A stretch of DNA of 64,000 nucleotides. Origin: Macrostomum lignano. Lineage: Eukaryota. Positions 51,901 to 62,859 of this stretch are shown piece after piece (the stretch's first letter is position 1; the number at the start of each line of letters is the position of its first letter). The notes beneath the pieces are model-generated. The model was not told the DNA's origin, did no database searches, and saw nothing but the letters and a program-made list of their open reading frames with translations. The position numbers and the translations under genes were made by a program. Location: assembly GCA_002269645.1 (NCBI GenBank), contig NIVC01000059.1:558001-622000 (forward strand), read 5' to 3'.

Positions 51901-54147
51901 TTTATAATGAATAATGTTAAACAAATTTCCACTAAATCTTCACATGTCAGAGTACATACTGGAGTCATAAGTTGTCCAATATAATAGTCTATGACTTCTG
52001 ACTCCAATGGAGTCAGGAGAGTCTAGGCTGGAGTCAGGACAGTCAATGGGCTGGAGTCAGGAGAATCAATTAGGCTGGAGTCAGGAGAGTCAATAGGCTG
52101 GAGTCAGGAGAGTCAATTAGGCTGGAGTCAGGAGAGTCAATGGGCTGGAGTCAGGAGAGTCAATGGGCTGGAGTCAGGAGAGTCAATAGTCTGGAGTCAG
52201 GAGAATCAATTAGGCTGGAGTCAGGAGAGTCAATAGGCTGGAGTCAGGAGAGTCAATAGGCTGGAGTCAGGAGAGTCAATAGGCTGGAGTCAGGAGAATC
52301 AATTAGGCCGGAGTCAGGAGAGTCAATAGGCTGGAGTCAGGAGAGTCAATAGGCTGGAGTCAGGAGAGTCAATAGGCTGGATTCAGGAGAGTCAATGGGC
52401 TGGAGTCAGGAGAGTCAATGGGCTGGAGTCAGGAGAGTCAATGGGCTGGAGTCAGGAGAGTCAATGGGCTGGAGTCAGGAGAGTCAATGGGCTGGAGTCA
52501 GGAGAGTCAATGGGCTGGAGTCAGGAGAATCAATTAGGCTGGAGTCAGGAGAGTCAATGGGCTGGAGTCAGGAGAGTCAATAGGCTGGAGTCAGGAGAGT
52601 CAATGGGCTGGAGTCAGGAGAGTCAATGGGCTTGAGTCAGGAGAGTCAATGGGCTTGAGTCAGGAGAGTCAATGGGCTGGAGTCAGGAGAGTCAATAGGC
52701 TGGAGTCAGGAGAATCAATTAGGCTGGAGTCAGGAGAGTCAATGGGCTGGAGTCAGGAGAGTCAATGGGCTGGAGTCAGGAGAGTCAATGGGCTGGAGTC
52801 AGGAGAGTCAATGGGCTGGAGTCAGGAGAGTCAATGGGCTGGAGTCAGGAGAGTCAATGGGCTGGAGTCAGGAGAGTCAATAGGCTGGAGTCAGGAGAGT
52901 CAATGGGCTGGAGTCAGGAGAGTCAATGGGCTGGAGTCAGGAGAGTCAATGGGCTGGAGTCAGGAGAGTCAATGGGCTGGAGTCAGGAGAGTCAATGGGC
53001 TGGAGTCAGGAGAGTCAATGGGCTGGAGTCAGGAGAGTCAATGGGCTGGAGTCAGGAGAGTCAATGGGCTGGAGTCAGGAGAGTCAATGGGCTGGAGTCA
53101 GGAGAGTCAATAGGCTGGAGTCAGGAGAGTCAATGGGCTGGAGTCAGGAGAGTCAATGGGCTGGAGTCAGGAGAGTCAATGGGCTGGAGTCAGGAGAGTC
53201 AATGGGCTGGAGTCAGGAGAGTCAATAGTCTGGAGTCAGGAGAGTCAATAGGCTGGAGTCAGGATAGTCAATGGGCTGGAGTCAGGAGAGTCAATGGGCT
53301 GGAGTCAGGAGAGTCAATGGGCTGGAGTCAGGAGAGTCAATAGGCTGGAGTCAGGAGAGTCAATGGGCTGGAGTCAGGAGAATCAATTAGGCTGGAGTCA
53401 GGAGAGTCAATAGGCTGGAGTCAGGAGAATCAATTAGGCTGGAGTCAGGAGAGTCAATAGGCTGGAGTCAGGAGAGTCAATGGGCTGGAGTCAGGAGAGT
53501 CAATAGGCTGGAGTCAGGAGAATCAATTAGGCTGGAGTCAGGAGAGTCAATAGGCTGGAGTCAGGAGAGTCAATAGGCTGGAGTCAGGAGAGTCAATAGG
53601 CTGGAGTCAGGAGAATCAATTAGGCTGGAGTCAGGAGAGTCAATAGGCTGGAGTCAGGAGAGTCAATGGGCTGGAGTCAGGAGAGTCAATAGGCTGGAGT
53701 CAGGAGAATCAATTAGGCTGGAGTCAGGAGAGTCAATGGGCTTGAGTCAGATAACATCAAAGAATTAACACAATCTTAAGTCCATTTACCTTTACTCCAC
53801 AGCTCCTTCGCTCTCAACGAGAACGGATAATGACTACAGATAGTAACTGCAGGGAACTTGGTCAAATTATTCAGCATAATGGAAGTCTGAATGGCCACAT
53901 CGTAGTCCCTGTAGTTACTAATAACCATAACGCTTGAGTACAGCAGCATGACAAACATCACTAGCACAAAGGAGAACCACAATGAGCGAAGGAACAGCGA
54001 GTCGGAGCGCGATATTTTCGAAACGCCACGAAGAGAGCTGTTCCGGCAGAACAGGCTGCCGATCTCCGCTGATGCAGCTCGACGTTTCTCCTCCCTTGCT
54101 GCTGCTGCTGCGTCTGGGTTGACGGTGGAGCCATTCGACGTTGACAT
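45971..54147 (-). CDS. DEG/ENaC (amiloride-sensitive sodium channel) family subunit, 5 exons, ~564 aa
   Basis: Exons 54147-53790, 51867-51382, 50492-50216, 49864-49673, 46352-45971; phases 1,1,2,2 join in frame. TM1 followed by FPAVTICS, then FLLHC, NPRYFNCYT, GLRLLLH, GVHIEPG, Cys-rich YSYRAC...RCGC...YC...C...C.KRC, and TM2 LMSRIGGLCSLYLGLTMAFLIE. The start ATG at 54147 is the first in-frame ATG. Confidence 0.9.
46915..49250. repeat. 11-12-bp minisatellite (CAAGAGACACT / CAAGAGACACTC / CAAGAGACATC) in ENaC intron 4
   Basis: About 2.3 kb with higher-order duplications (for example 47450-47580 repeated at 48135-48260). Confidence 0.95.
52000..53750. repeat. 23-bp minisatellite (GGCTGGAGTCAGGAGAGTCAATG) in ENaC intron 1
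   Basis: About 75 tandem copies. Confidence 0.95.
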
Positions 54148-54584
54148 TACCGGCTGCTGCTTGAACCCCAAAGTCTTCGCGTCAACGAACAGATCGACAA
54201 TAACATGGGTGGAAGGGGAACGTTAATATCTATACTATTTTATTATAGAGCTAAACTGGGCTCGAAGGTTCTCCGCTGCCGCGTTTGGAATCGATTGATT
54301 TCCGGGATTGTTAGATATTCTCTGTTGTAAGGATCTTGCCTATAGCTGATAGTGTTTCTTAGGAAAGAGAGAATTCATATGCAGGAATGAAGTGAAGAAC
54401 AGCTGTATAATGCACCCCCCCCCCAACTGCTGGACAGCTCTGCGCTGGACCATTTGAAGGGATCGTCTTCAATGCAAGCAGGGGCTATATAGCTCGTACG
54501 CTTATCATAGACTGCATGCGACCGCCCACTGTTCTTGTTGATCTGTTCCATTCTTCAACTATAACAAACGCGAACGAACGAAAA

Positions 54585-55030
54585 AAGAAGGAAAGAAGGG
54601 AGTAAGGAAGGAAGGAAGGAAGGAAGGAAGGAAGGAAGGAAGGAAGGAAGGAAGGAAGGAAGGAAGGAAGGAAGGAAGGAAGGAAGGAAGGAAGGAAGGA
54701 AGGAAGGAAGGAAGGAAGGAAGGAAGGAAGGAAGGAAGGAAGGAAGGAAGGAAGGAAGGAAGGAAGGAAGGAAGGAAGGAAGGAAGGAAGGAAGGAAGGA
54801 AGGAAGGAAGGAAGGAAGGAAGGAAGGAAGGAAGGAAGGAAGGAAGGAAGGAAGGAAGGAAGGAAGGAAGGAAGGAAGGAAGGAAGGAAGGAAGGAAGGA
54901 AGGAAGGAAGGAAGGAAGGAAGGAAGGAAGGAAGGAAGGAAGGAAGGAAGGAAGGAAGGAAGGAAGGAAGGAAGGAAGGAAGGAAGGAAGGAAGGAAGGA
55001 AGGAAGGAAGGAAGGAAGGAAGGAACGAAC
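54585..55030. repeat. (GAAG)n microsatellite
   Basis: About 105 pure copies. Confidence 0.96.
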
Positions 55031-55899
55031 AAAATGTTCTCTTTATTGCGGCTTCTTACATAACGCGTAGCACTTGTTTTGAATTTGCTAACTCAATGGA
55101 ATTTTCAATTTAATTATGGATGTTAATCAATCGAATGCATGTAACATGCTTGCATATGTACAGCTATAAAGTTTCCGCAGCATCTTACGAACTTTTTTGC
55201 GCAAATTTAGAATAGGGTACATAACATGTGTACAGATGATGGCTTTTAAAACTAATAATTCTTTTGTAATGTCAATTACCAACAATAGTGCAGGGGCAAA
55301 CAATTATTGAAAAAAGCTGAAAGAAGCCTCTAAAAAGCTGAAACTTTATGTTGCAATGAGGAAAAATCGATGAAGTATTGTACATGTAAAACTGACGCAG
55401 TGACGATAATAAATGAAGTAAGCACCATTTTACGACTAAATAGACTATTTCAAAAGTCTAGCACTACTTAAAATAGTGTGTTCGTGCGTTACTAAAATAC
55501 AGGAATTCTGGGGGAAGGAAACATGACAGAAAAAAATGATCATGGGAATGAGCAAGAAGTTCATTGGAGCACGCATGGATTTCGATCAAAATAACGCACA
55601 AGCGCTCTGAGAGCTATCCAGCGTTACGCACCGTAATAACTAAACTACCTTGGGTGTTGCAACTCGTTACTTTTGAAGTTTCTGTGAGCAGAATGAGGCT
55701 CCAATTTATGAGACTAAGTTGACAGGCTCTTTGGGTCTTTGGCATCAGAAGCGTTAGTTTTATAGACCTGATCACTTTGGTTTTAGTCCCACTTTCTAGA
55801 GGCACTTTAGAGCAATTCTGGTAGAGTAGCTCGCTTAATAAATAGGAATAAAATGAATGAGAGAACAAACATTAACTTCTTTTTATTTACTTTAATTTA

Positions 55900-55943
55900 A
55901 TTGCCAATGCATTTCGACCCTTGTAGGTCATCGTCAGGGCAGT
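55900..55943 (-). ncRNA. Minimal type I hammerhead ribozyme of Penelope-like-element type
   Basis: Minus strand reads ACUGCC CUGACGA U GACC UACAAG GGUC GAAA UGCA UU GGCAAU: core CUGANGA and GAAA, helix II GACC/GGUC, palindromic AUGCAU in place of helix III, AUU cleavage triplet, helix I UGCC/GGCA. An A-rich tail with AATAAA follows. Confidence 0.75.
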
Positions 55944-56017
55944 AATGAAATTGAAAATTTCAATAAACAGTTGAATAAATATACCTGTAATAAGTTGAAT
56001 ACACAATATAAATTAAT

Positions 56018-56100
56018 GTACGTAGTTTTCAATTGTTTTAGCTTGGAGTGTACGCTACTGCACCGTGTGTTAGAACTTGTTTCAATTGAAAACTACGTAC
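56018..56100. repeat. Perfect 18-bp inverted repeat (GTACGTAGTTTTCAATTG ... CAATTGAAAACTACGTAC) with a 47-bp spacer
   Basis: Arms at 56018-56035 and 56083-56100. Confidence 0.85.
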
Positions 56101-56284
56101 GTACACACACTCACACAGGAGTGTACAGCGGCCCTTATCGTTAGGCATGTACACTTCACTGTGCCTTTGGGGTTGGCCCTCAAGCTGGGCGTTAATTGCA
56201 CGAGCAGAGCCAAGCCGAGATTCCAATTTAGCCCCAGATTAATGTGACTGCAGATAGTAACGCTAGACCACTGGGCTTCGGCTC
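56098..56284 (-). mobile_element. Copy C (longest) of the SINE-like repeat, with a degenerate tRNA-like head (56284-56207)
   Basis: The head has an acceptor-like stem GAGCCGA/TTGGCTC, A-box-like AGCCCAGTGGTCTAG and a degenerate B-box-like TTGGAATCTC. The body is homologous to 27693-27815 and 15691-15778. Confidence 0.55.
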
Positions 56285-56494
56285 CCTATTAGTTTTCCAC
56301 AACCAAAAAGGCATTTTATCTTATGATACTGCAAATTTAAGCTAGTCAAAGTTCCCTATAGTTCGAAGCAATTCATTGTGAAAAAAATAATCATCATCGA
56401 CCGGTTCCTGTTGTTTCTTTAAGTTTTTATTCCTTCTGCTGCTTGCGTCACAGCCCGTAAATTGAAATCCTGCGAATCGTTTTTAAAGCGAATT

Positions 56495-59400
56495 TCAGCA
56501 ACGACCGCCTCTTTGTTGGTGTCTGCCACTGGCCGCTGACAGCATGGCGTCGAGCACGGCCTGCAGGCATTCGGCCGCCGGTCTCGAGGCGGCGCAGGCC
56601 AGCGCGGGCACCTGGCCGGCGGCGTCAACGGCGAACAGCGGGGCACCACGTTGGACCAGAGCGACGGCTACGTCAGGCAGGGCACCAGCGCAGGCCAGGT
56701 GTAGCGGTGTTCGGCCCTGATTATCGGTCTGTGGGGGTTTGGGTTTGGGTTTGGGTCAGGGTTTGGGTTTGGGTCAGGGTCAGGGTTTGTGTCAGGGTCA
56801 GGGTTTAGGTTTGGGTCAGGGTCAGGGTCAGGGTTTGGGTTTGGGTTTGGGTCAGGGTTTGGGTTTGGGTTTGGGTTTGGGTTTGGGTTTAGGTTTGGGT
56901 TTGGGTTTGGGTGTGGGTTTGGGTTTGGGTTTGGGTTTAGGTTTGGGTTTGGGTTTGGGTTTGGGTTTGGGTTTAGGTTTGGGTTTGGGTTTGGGTTTGG
57001 GTTTGGGTTTGGGTCAGGGTCAGGGTCAGGGTTTGGATTTGGGTTTGAGATAAAGCAGCCCAAACATTTCAAGAAGCTAGTCTAATTGTGAAGTCATCTG
57101 TATTCAGCTCACGGACTCCACTAGGCGACCGACATCTGGCAGGAGTTTCAACAGTGCCAGAGCCACCTCACTTTTGTGCCCAGCGCAGGCGCGATGCAAG
57201 CAGCTGGCGCCGTCATACGGATCGCGCGCTTCAACTGACTCGGCGCCAGCTTCAATCAGCGCCGATAGCAGCGCCTCGATCCGAGCGACATGGGCGCCAT
57301 TGGCTGACCCCCAGCCGGCCCTGGCCGAGGCGGCAGCAGCTGTCGCTGTCATCAACGGAGTTCGACCTCGACAATCCACTGCGTCTACCGTGGCACCGTG
57401 ACGGAGCAGCAGCTCCGCCACGCGCGGGTGGCCTCCCGCGGCGGCCAGGTGCAGCGGAGTTCGACCTCGACAATCCCTGATGTCGACGGGAAATAGTCGT
57501 ACCGCGTCGGAACTGCTAACGGTTGACTGGGTGGACTTCTGTAAGCGAATGGTTGCGGAGTAGGCCACCAAGTATTATATTAACTTCAATTTTTGCTAAA
57601 GCCCCTGGTTCTGGCGCCCCTGGTGCTAAAGCCCCTGGTGCTGGCGCCCCTGGTGCTAAAGCCCCTGGTGCTGGCGCCCCTGGTGCTGGCGCCCCTGGTG
57701 CTGGCGCCCCTGGTGCTGGCGCCCCTGATGCTGGCGCCCCTGGTGCTAAAGCCCCTGGTGCTAAAGCCCCTGATACGATAAATTGACACCTTGTCAGATG
57801 GAATGGCGCCTTGGAAAATGCAGCTGTCAATCGAAAAAAGTCTTTCTTACGCTCCCCTGGCACCCAGACTCACACCCTGATGATGCTGCTCCGCCCGATG
57901 CTGCAACAGGATCTGCACGCAGGCCTCTCGACCAGCCGCGGCAGCGCAGTGCAGCAGACTGAATCGGCTCCAATCAAGTTGGTGTCGGCCGGCCCGACAA
58001 CCTCGGCACAACAGCAGGTTCAAGCTAGTCACGTGACCTCCAGCAGCTGCCCAGTGCAGCGGAGCGAAGCCACAAGCGTCGACAGAGTCGGCAAAGCAGT
58101 TCGACACTTTAACAATGTCAGCAGCATCCAGCAGTCGGGCAATGGCGTCGACATGGCCGCCGGCGGCCGCGAGGTGCAGCGGCTGGCGGCGAAGGCGCGG
58201 CTCGACGATGTCGGGCCGGGCGCCGGCGGAGAGCAGCTGGCCGACGCAGGCGACGTGACCGCAGGCGGCGGCGCGGTGCAGCGACGTCAGGCCGTTGAAA
58301 TCGGTTGCGTCGGGCTGGGTGCCAGCCTTAAATCAATTTTTGAGTTCGCTTACTATACAACTCTAAAACGGCCCATTTTAGCACTGATCAGCTGGCCATT
58401 CCGCTGACTCCTGAGCAGATTCAAGCCCGCCCGCCTCACCTCAAGCAGGACTTTCACGGCCTCCTCGTGGCCATTCTGCGCCGCTAGCATCAGCGGTCGG
58501 CGCCCGGTCGAGTCGGCGGCTTCGACAGCGGCCGAGACGCTCGCGCTGGTCAGAGCGGCACTCTGCCCAGCCGCGGCTGTTATTAGGGCACGAAGGACGA
58601 CAGCGTGGCCGCCGGCAGCAGCGTAGTGCACCGCCGACCACTGTCGGGACCGATCGCGTACGTCGCCAACGGCGAAGTCGTCGGCAAGTAGGACTCGGAC
58701 TGCGGACAGGCAGCCTCTGGGGTTGCGTGGCATGGGGAGGAGGGGTTGGCATGGGTGTTTGCTTGCGTCGTAGCTTCACGTTTAAATAACGTCACGAGGC
58801 AGAAACCTGTTCAAGGCGCCAAGCTACCAAAGCGCTCACCTGGCCGAAGCCAGGTGCAGAGGTGTCCGACCCTCGGCGTCGCCGCTTCCATCGAGCGCCA
58901 TCGGCAGGCGTCTGGCCAGCACCGCCAGCGCCTTCTCCCGACCGTGATAGGCCGCCAGATGCTGCGGATTGGCCGTCTCCGTCGCTGTCGAAGTCGAGGC
59001 GGCGGCGACCAACGCCGTCATTGGCGTCGCTTCGGCCAGCACCGCGGCGGCTTCGGCGGCGTCCGCTGCCGCGGCCAATGACACCAGGGCGAAGTGCAAC
59101 GGCAGGCGGCCGCGGTGGTCGAATCTGCCGGCGCCGCTGCCGCCGCAGGCGATGAGCCGGCGGATGAGGCTCAGATCAGCTGAGGCAGCCGCCAGGTGCA
59201 GCGGTGTCCGACCCTCAGCGTCGGGTGCATCGGCCAGTCTAGCGTCGTGGCTCAGAAGCGCCAAGGCTGCGGCTTCGTGACCTCTGGAATTGTTATTGAT
59301 AAAGATGGCGAGTTTTGACGGTTTGGCTCGGCCCTTTCACAAGCTAATTGGCTCACCTAGCGGCAGCCAGGTGCAGCGGCGTCCGGCCGGCGCAGTCAAC

Positions 59401-61692
59401 GGCGCCAGCGTCCGCTCCCCGATCTAGCAGGTGCTGAACAACGTCAGCACGGCCAGCAGAAGCCGCAGCGTGCAGGCAGGTTCGGCCGTGTCGGTCGGCC
59501 CTGTCCAAACCGCCCTCGACGTCGGCCAGTCGCAGGCGCTGAACGCAGCCGAGGAAGCCGGTCAGACTGGCCAGGTGCAGCGCCGTCAGACCGTCGGGCC
59601 CGGCCGGGGCGCCGACCGAGGCACCGGCACGGATCAGCGCCTCCAGCAGCAGTTGGTGACCGCCGAGTGCGCCGAAGCCTAGCGGCGAATAGCCGGCGGA
59701 ATCGACGGCGTCAACGCTGGCCCTGTCGGCCAGGAGGGTCTGGGCGCGGCTGGCGCGGCCGTGCAGCGCGGCCATGTGCAGCGGCGTCCGGCCGGCGCGG
59801 CAGCGGACGTGCACGATGAGCCAGTCGAGACAGAGGGCCGAATGGGAGCCTTCGGTTTGGAGGGGTTGAAATATCTTGCTAAAACAGCCACTTTGGTACC
59901 CATTCTAACAGATATTTGGCGCCATTTCTGACACCTATATTAGCGCCATATTTGACAGATATTTTAAGCGCCCTATATGACAGATATTTTAAGCGCCCTA
60001 TATGACAGATATTTTGACGCCATTTTTGACAGCTTTAATAGCGACTATCTGACACCTATATTAGCGCCATATCGGACATATTTTGACGCCATTTCTGACA
60101 CCTATATTGGCGCCCTATCTGACACCTATATTAGCGCCCTATCTGACACCTATCAGCGCCATATCTGACACCTATATGAGCGCCATATCTGACACCAATA
60201 TCAGCGCCCCATCTGACACCTATATTAGCGCCCTATCTGACACCTATCAGCGCCATATCTGACACCTATATCAGCGCCATATCTGACACCTATATTAGCG
60301 CCCTATCTGACACCAATATCAGCGCCCCATCTGACACCTATATTAGCGCCCTATCTGACACCTATATTAGCGCCCTATCTGACACCTATATCAGCGCCAT
60401 ATCTGACACCAATATCAGCGCCCCATCTGACACCTATATCAGCGCCCCATCTGACACCTATATTAGCGCCCTATCTGACACCTATATTAGCGCCCTATCT
60501 GACACCTATATTAGCGCCCTATCTGACACCTATATTAGCGCCATATCAGTAGACAACTGGAAATAATTATCCCGATAGCAATTAAAAACTCGAACCCCCC
60601 CCCCACCAACTGTGCACCTGCCGCAGAAACGTGCATCGCAGTCTGGCCAAAATGATTGGTGGCTTCCAGATCCGCATCCGCCAACTCGTAGCACACCTGA
60701 TCGAAACCATTCAAGCACGCTAGGTGAAGCGGCGTGTTTCCAGCTCTGGTTGTCAGCTCGCAGTCCGCGCCAAGCGACACCAACCGTCTGACTGCCAGCA
60801 CGTGACCACAGGCGGCCGCCGCGTGCAGCGCCGTGAAGCCGAGCTCATCTGGCGCGTTCAACTCGGCGCCGTGACGAACCAGCAGTTCGAGCATCGCCTC
60901 GCTGCCATGGCAGGCGGCCCAGTGCAGCGGCCGGCGCTCCTGCCTGTCCTCGATGTTCACCAGCTCCGGCGCTTTCGTTAGCAGCAGCTGCGCCACCTCC
61001 GTCTGCCCGTTTAGCGCCGCGTGATGAAGCGCCGTGTAGCCGTTGCGATCGACGCCGGTCAGGGCGTCAGCGGGCAGGTGAGGCAGCAGCAGCCAAGCGC
61101 AATCCACCGAACCGTGCGCTGCGGCCGCGTGTAGCGGCGTCTGCCAGCCACGATCCCGACTGTTGGCATCCGCCTGGAATAGGGGTGAGGTGGCTCTCTG
61201 GCGCTTTCTGATTGGTCGGTGGGGTCCAGAGGGTAGGAATTGGACAGAAGTGGCTGTCTGGCGCTGTCTGATTGGACGGTGGGGTCCAGAGGGTAGGAAT
61301 TAGAATAGGGTGGGTGATTGATACTTGTAGTTCCTGATTGGTTGATGAGGTCTAAAGATAAGATTCAGAGTAAGGTGGGTTACTAGTGATATTCTCACCT
61401 GATATTCTAGCAGAACCTGCGCGCACCCGGCCGATTTAGAGGCGCAGGCGCGGTGCAGCGGCGTCTGCCAGCCGGCGTCTTTGCAGTCGACATTGGCACC
61501 GCTTTGCAGCAGCAGCCGGGCAATGTCTGGCTGGTCAACATGCGCCGCCGCATGCAGCGCAGTTCGATGACCGGGGTCCTGTGCGTTCACGTCCTCTGCG
61601 TTGCAGTCAACGAGCAGGTTACGCACTTCCTCCGTGCTCCGAGCCAGCGTTTTTAACAGCAGGTCGGGTACATGCTCAAATTCTTGAAGCAT
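56495..61692 (-). CDS. Serine/threonine-protein phosphatase 6 regulatory ankyrin repeat subunit (ANKRD28/44/52 family), 8 coding exons, ~1058 aa
   Basis: Exons 61692-61399, 61173-60618, 59849-59357, 59283-58840, 58716-58440, 58326-57874, 57538-57113, 56728-56495 join in frame. Repeat order matches PP6-ARS (EDVNAQD...[11 protein letters not shown]; WQTPLHAAA; RRPLHWAA; HSALCLDWL; [17 protein letters not shown]; C-terminal PALACA...ECL). The paralogue cannot be assigned. An acceptor at 61710 suggests an upstream exon or outron. Confidence 0.9.
56733..57050. repeat. (GGGTTT/GGGTCA/AGGTTT)n hexamer repeat, telomere-like, in ankyrin gene intron 7
   Basis: Direct observation. Confidence 0.9.
57585..57775. 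repeat. 15-bp tandem repeat (GCCCCTGGTGCTGGC / ...CTAAA) in ankyrin gene intron 6
   Basis: About 12 copies. Confidence 0.88.
59925..60545. repeat. ~24-bp minisatellite (TCTGACACCTATATTAGCGCCCTA) in ankyrin gene intron 2
   Basis: Tandem copies. Confidence 0.9.
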
Positions 61693-61714
61693 CGCTTCTT
61701 CTACGGCTTCTGGT

Positions 61715-62390
61715 GGGTGCTTGCTGGCCTCTGATTGGCTGGAGAAGTGAAGAAGAGCGAGTTGCATTGAGGTGGGTGTTTGCTGGCCTCTGATTGGCTG
61801 GAGAAGTGAAGAAGAGCGAGTTGCATTGAGGTGGGTGTTTGCTGGCCTCTGATTGGCTGGAGAGGTGAAGAAGAGCGAGTTGCATTGAGGTGGGTGTTTG
61901 CTGGCCTCTGATTGGCTGGAGAGGTGAAGAAGAGCGAGTTGCATTGAGGTGGGAGGTGGGTGTTTGCTGGCCTCTGATTGGCTGGAGAAGTGAAGAAGAG
62001 CGAGTTGCATTGAGGTGGGTGTTTGCTGGCCTCTGATTGGCTGGAGAGGTGAAGAAGAGCGAGTTGCATTGAGGTGGGAGGTGGGTGTTTGCTGGCCTCT
62101 GATTGGCTGGAGAAGTGAAGAAGAGCGAGTTGCATTGAGGTGGGTGTTTGCTGGCCTCTGATTGGCTGGAGAGGTGAAGAAGAGCGAGTTGCATTGAGGT
62201 GGGTGTTTGCTGGCCTCTGATTGGCTGGAGAGGTGAAGAAGAGCGAGTTGCATTGAGGTGGGAGGTGGGTGTTTGCTGGCCTCTGATTGGCTGGAGAGGT
62301 GAAGAAGAGCGAGTTGCATTGAGGTGGGTGTTTTCTGGCCTCTGATTGGCTGGAGAAGTGAAGAAGAGCGAGTTGGATTGAGGTGAGTGT
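61715..62390. repeat. ~59-65-bp minisatellite (GAGGTGGGTGTTTGCTGGCCTCTGATTGGCTGGAGAAGTGAAGAAGAGCGAGTTGCATT) upstream of the first ankyrin coding exon
   Basis: About 11 copies. Confidence 0.9.
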
Positions 62391-62859
62391 TTGCTGAAGA
62401 TGGCTGCTGATTGGCTGAAGAGGGGGAAAAATTTGCTGGATTGTCTGGGTACTTTTTAATATCTCATAGGTTATGATGTCTGTTAATTATGTTCGGAAGG
62501 CTGTGACTGACAATATTATGCAGAAGAATAAGTAAAACAACTCGTAAGTCACGCATTTTGGGATAATTACAGCTATTAAATAAAATAAACGGACGCTAAG
62601 CTTGTACAAGTATAATGATATTAAGTATCCATAATTGGTTACAATCGATGCAAGAAAGATAATTTGTAAAATTTCTGGAAGCACATTAAAACCACAGAAT
62701 AAAGAATTTCCACTTATTTTTTCAACAGATTCTAAGAACGGTACAGTTTGTATAAACTGGGGCTTAAGTACTAAAAACATAGGACACTAGCAGGTATGTT
62801 TATGAGCCTAGCGATATAAAGCCAACTCGTTGGGCTGGAGATCATGTAGGAGTCGACAT

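Noticed and set aside
46915-53750. RDTQETLK and GWSQESQW repeat ORFs
   Set aside because: Translations of intronic minisatellites of the ENaC gene.
56038-56226. 62-aa ORF with NDKGRCTL resembling a Penelope GIY-YIG C-terminus
   Set aside because: It overlaps the non-coding SINE-like body and inverted repeat, which have indel-bearing homologues elsewhere; no other endonuclease or RT motifs nearby.
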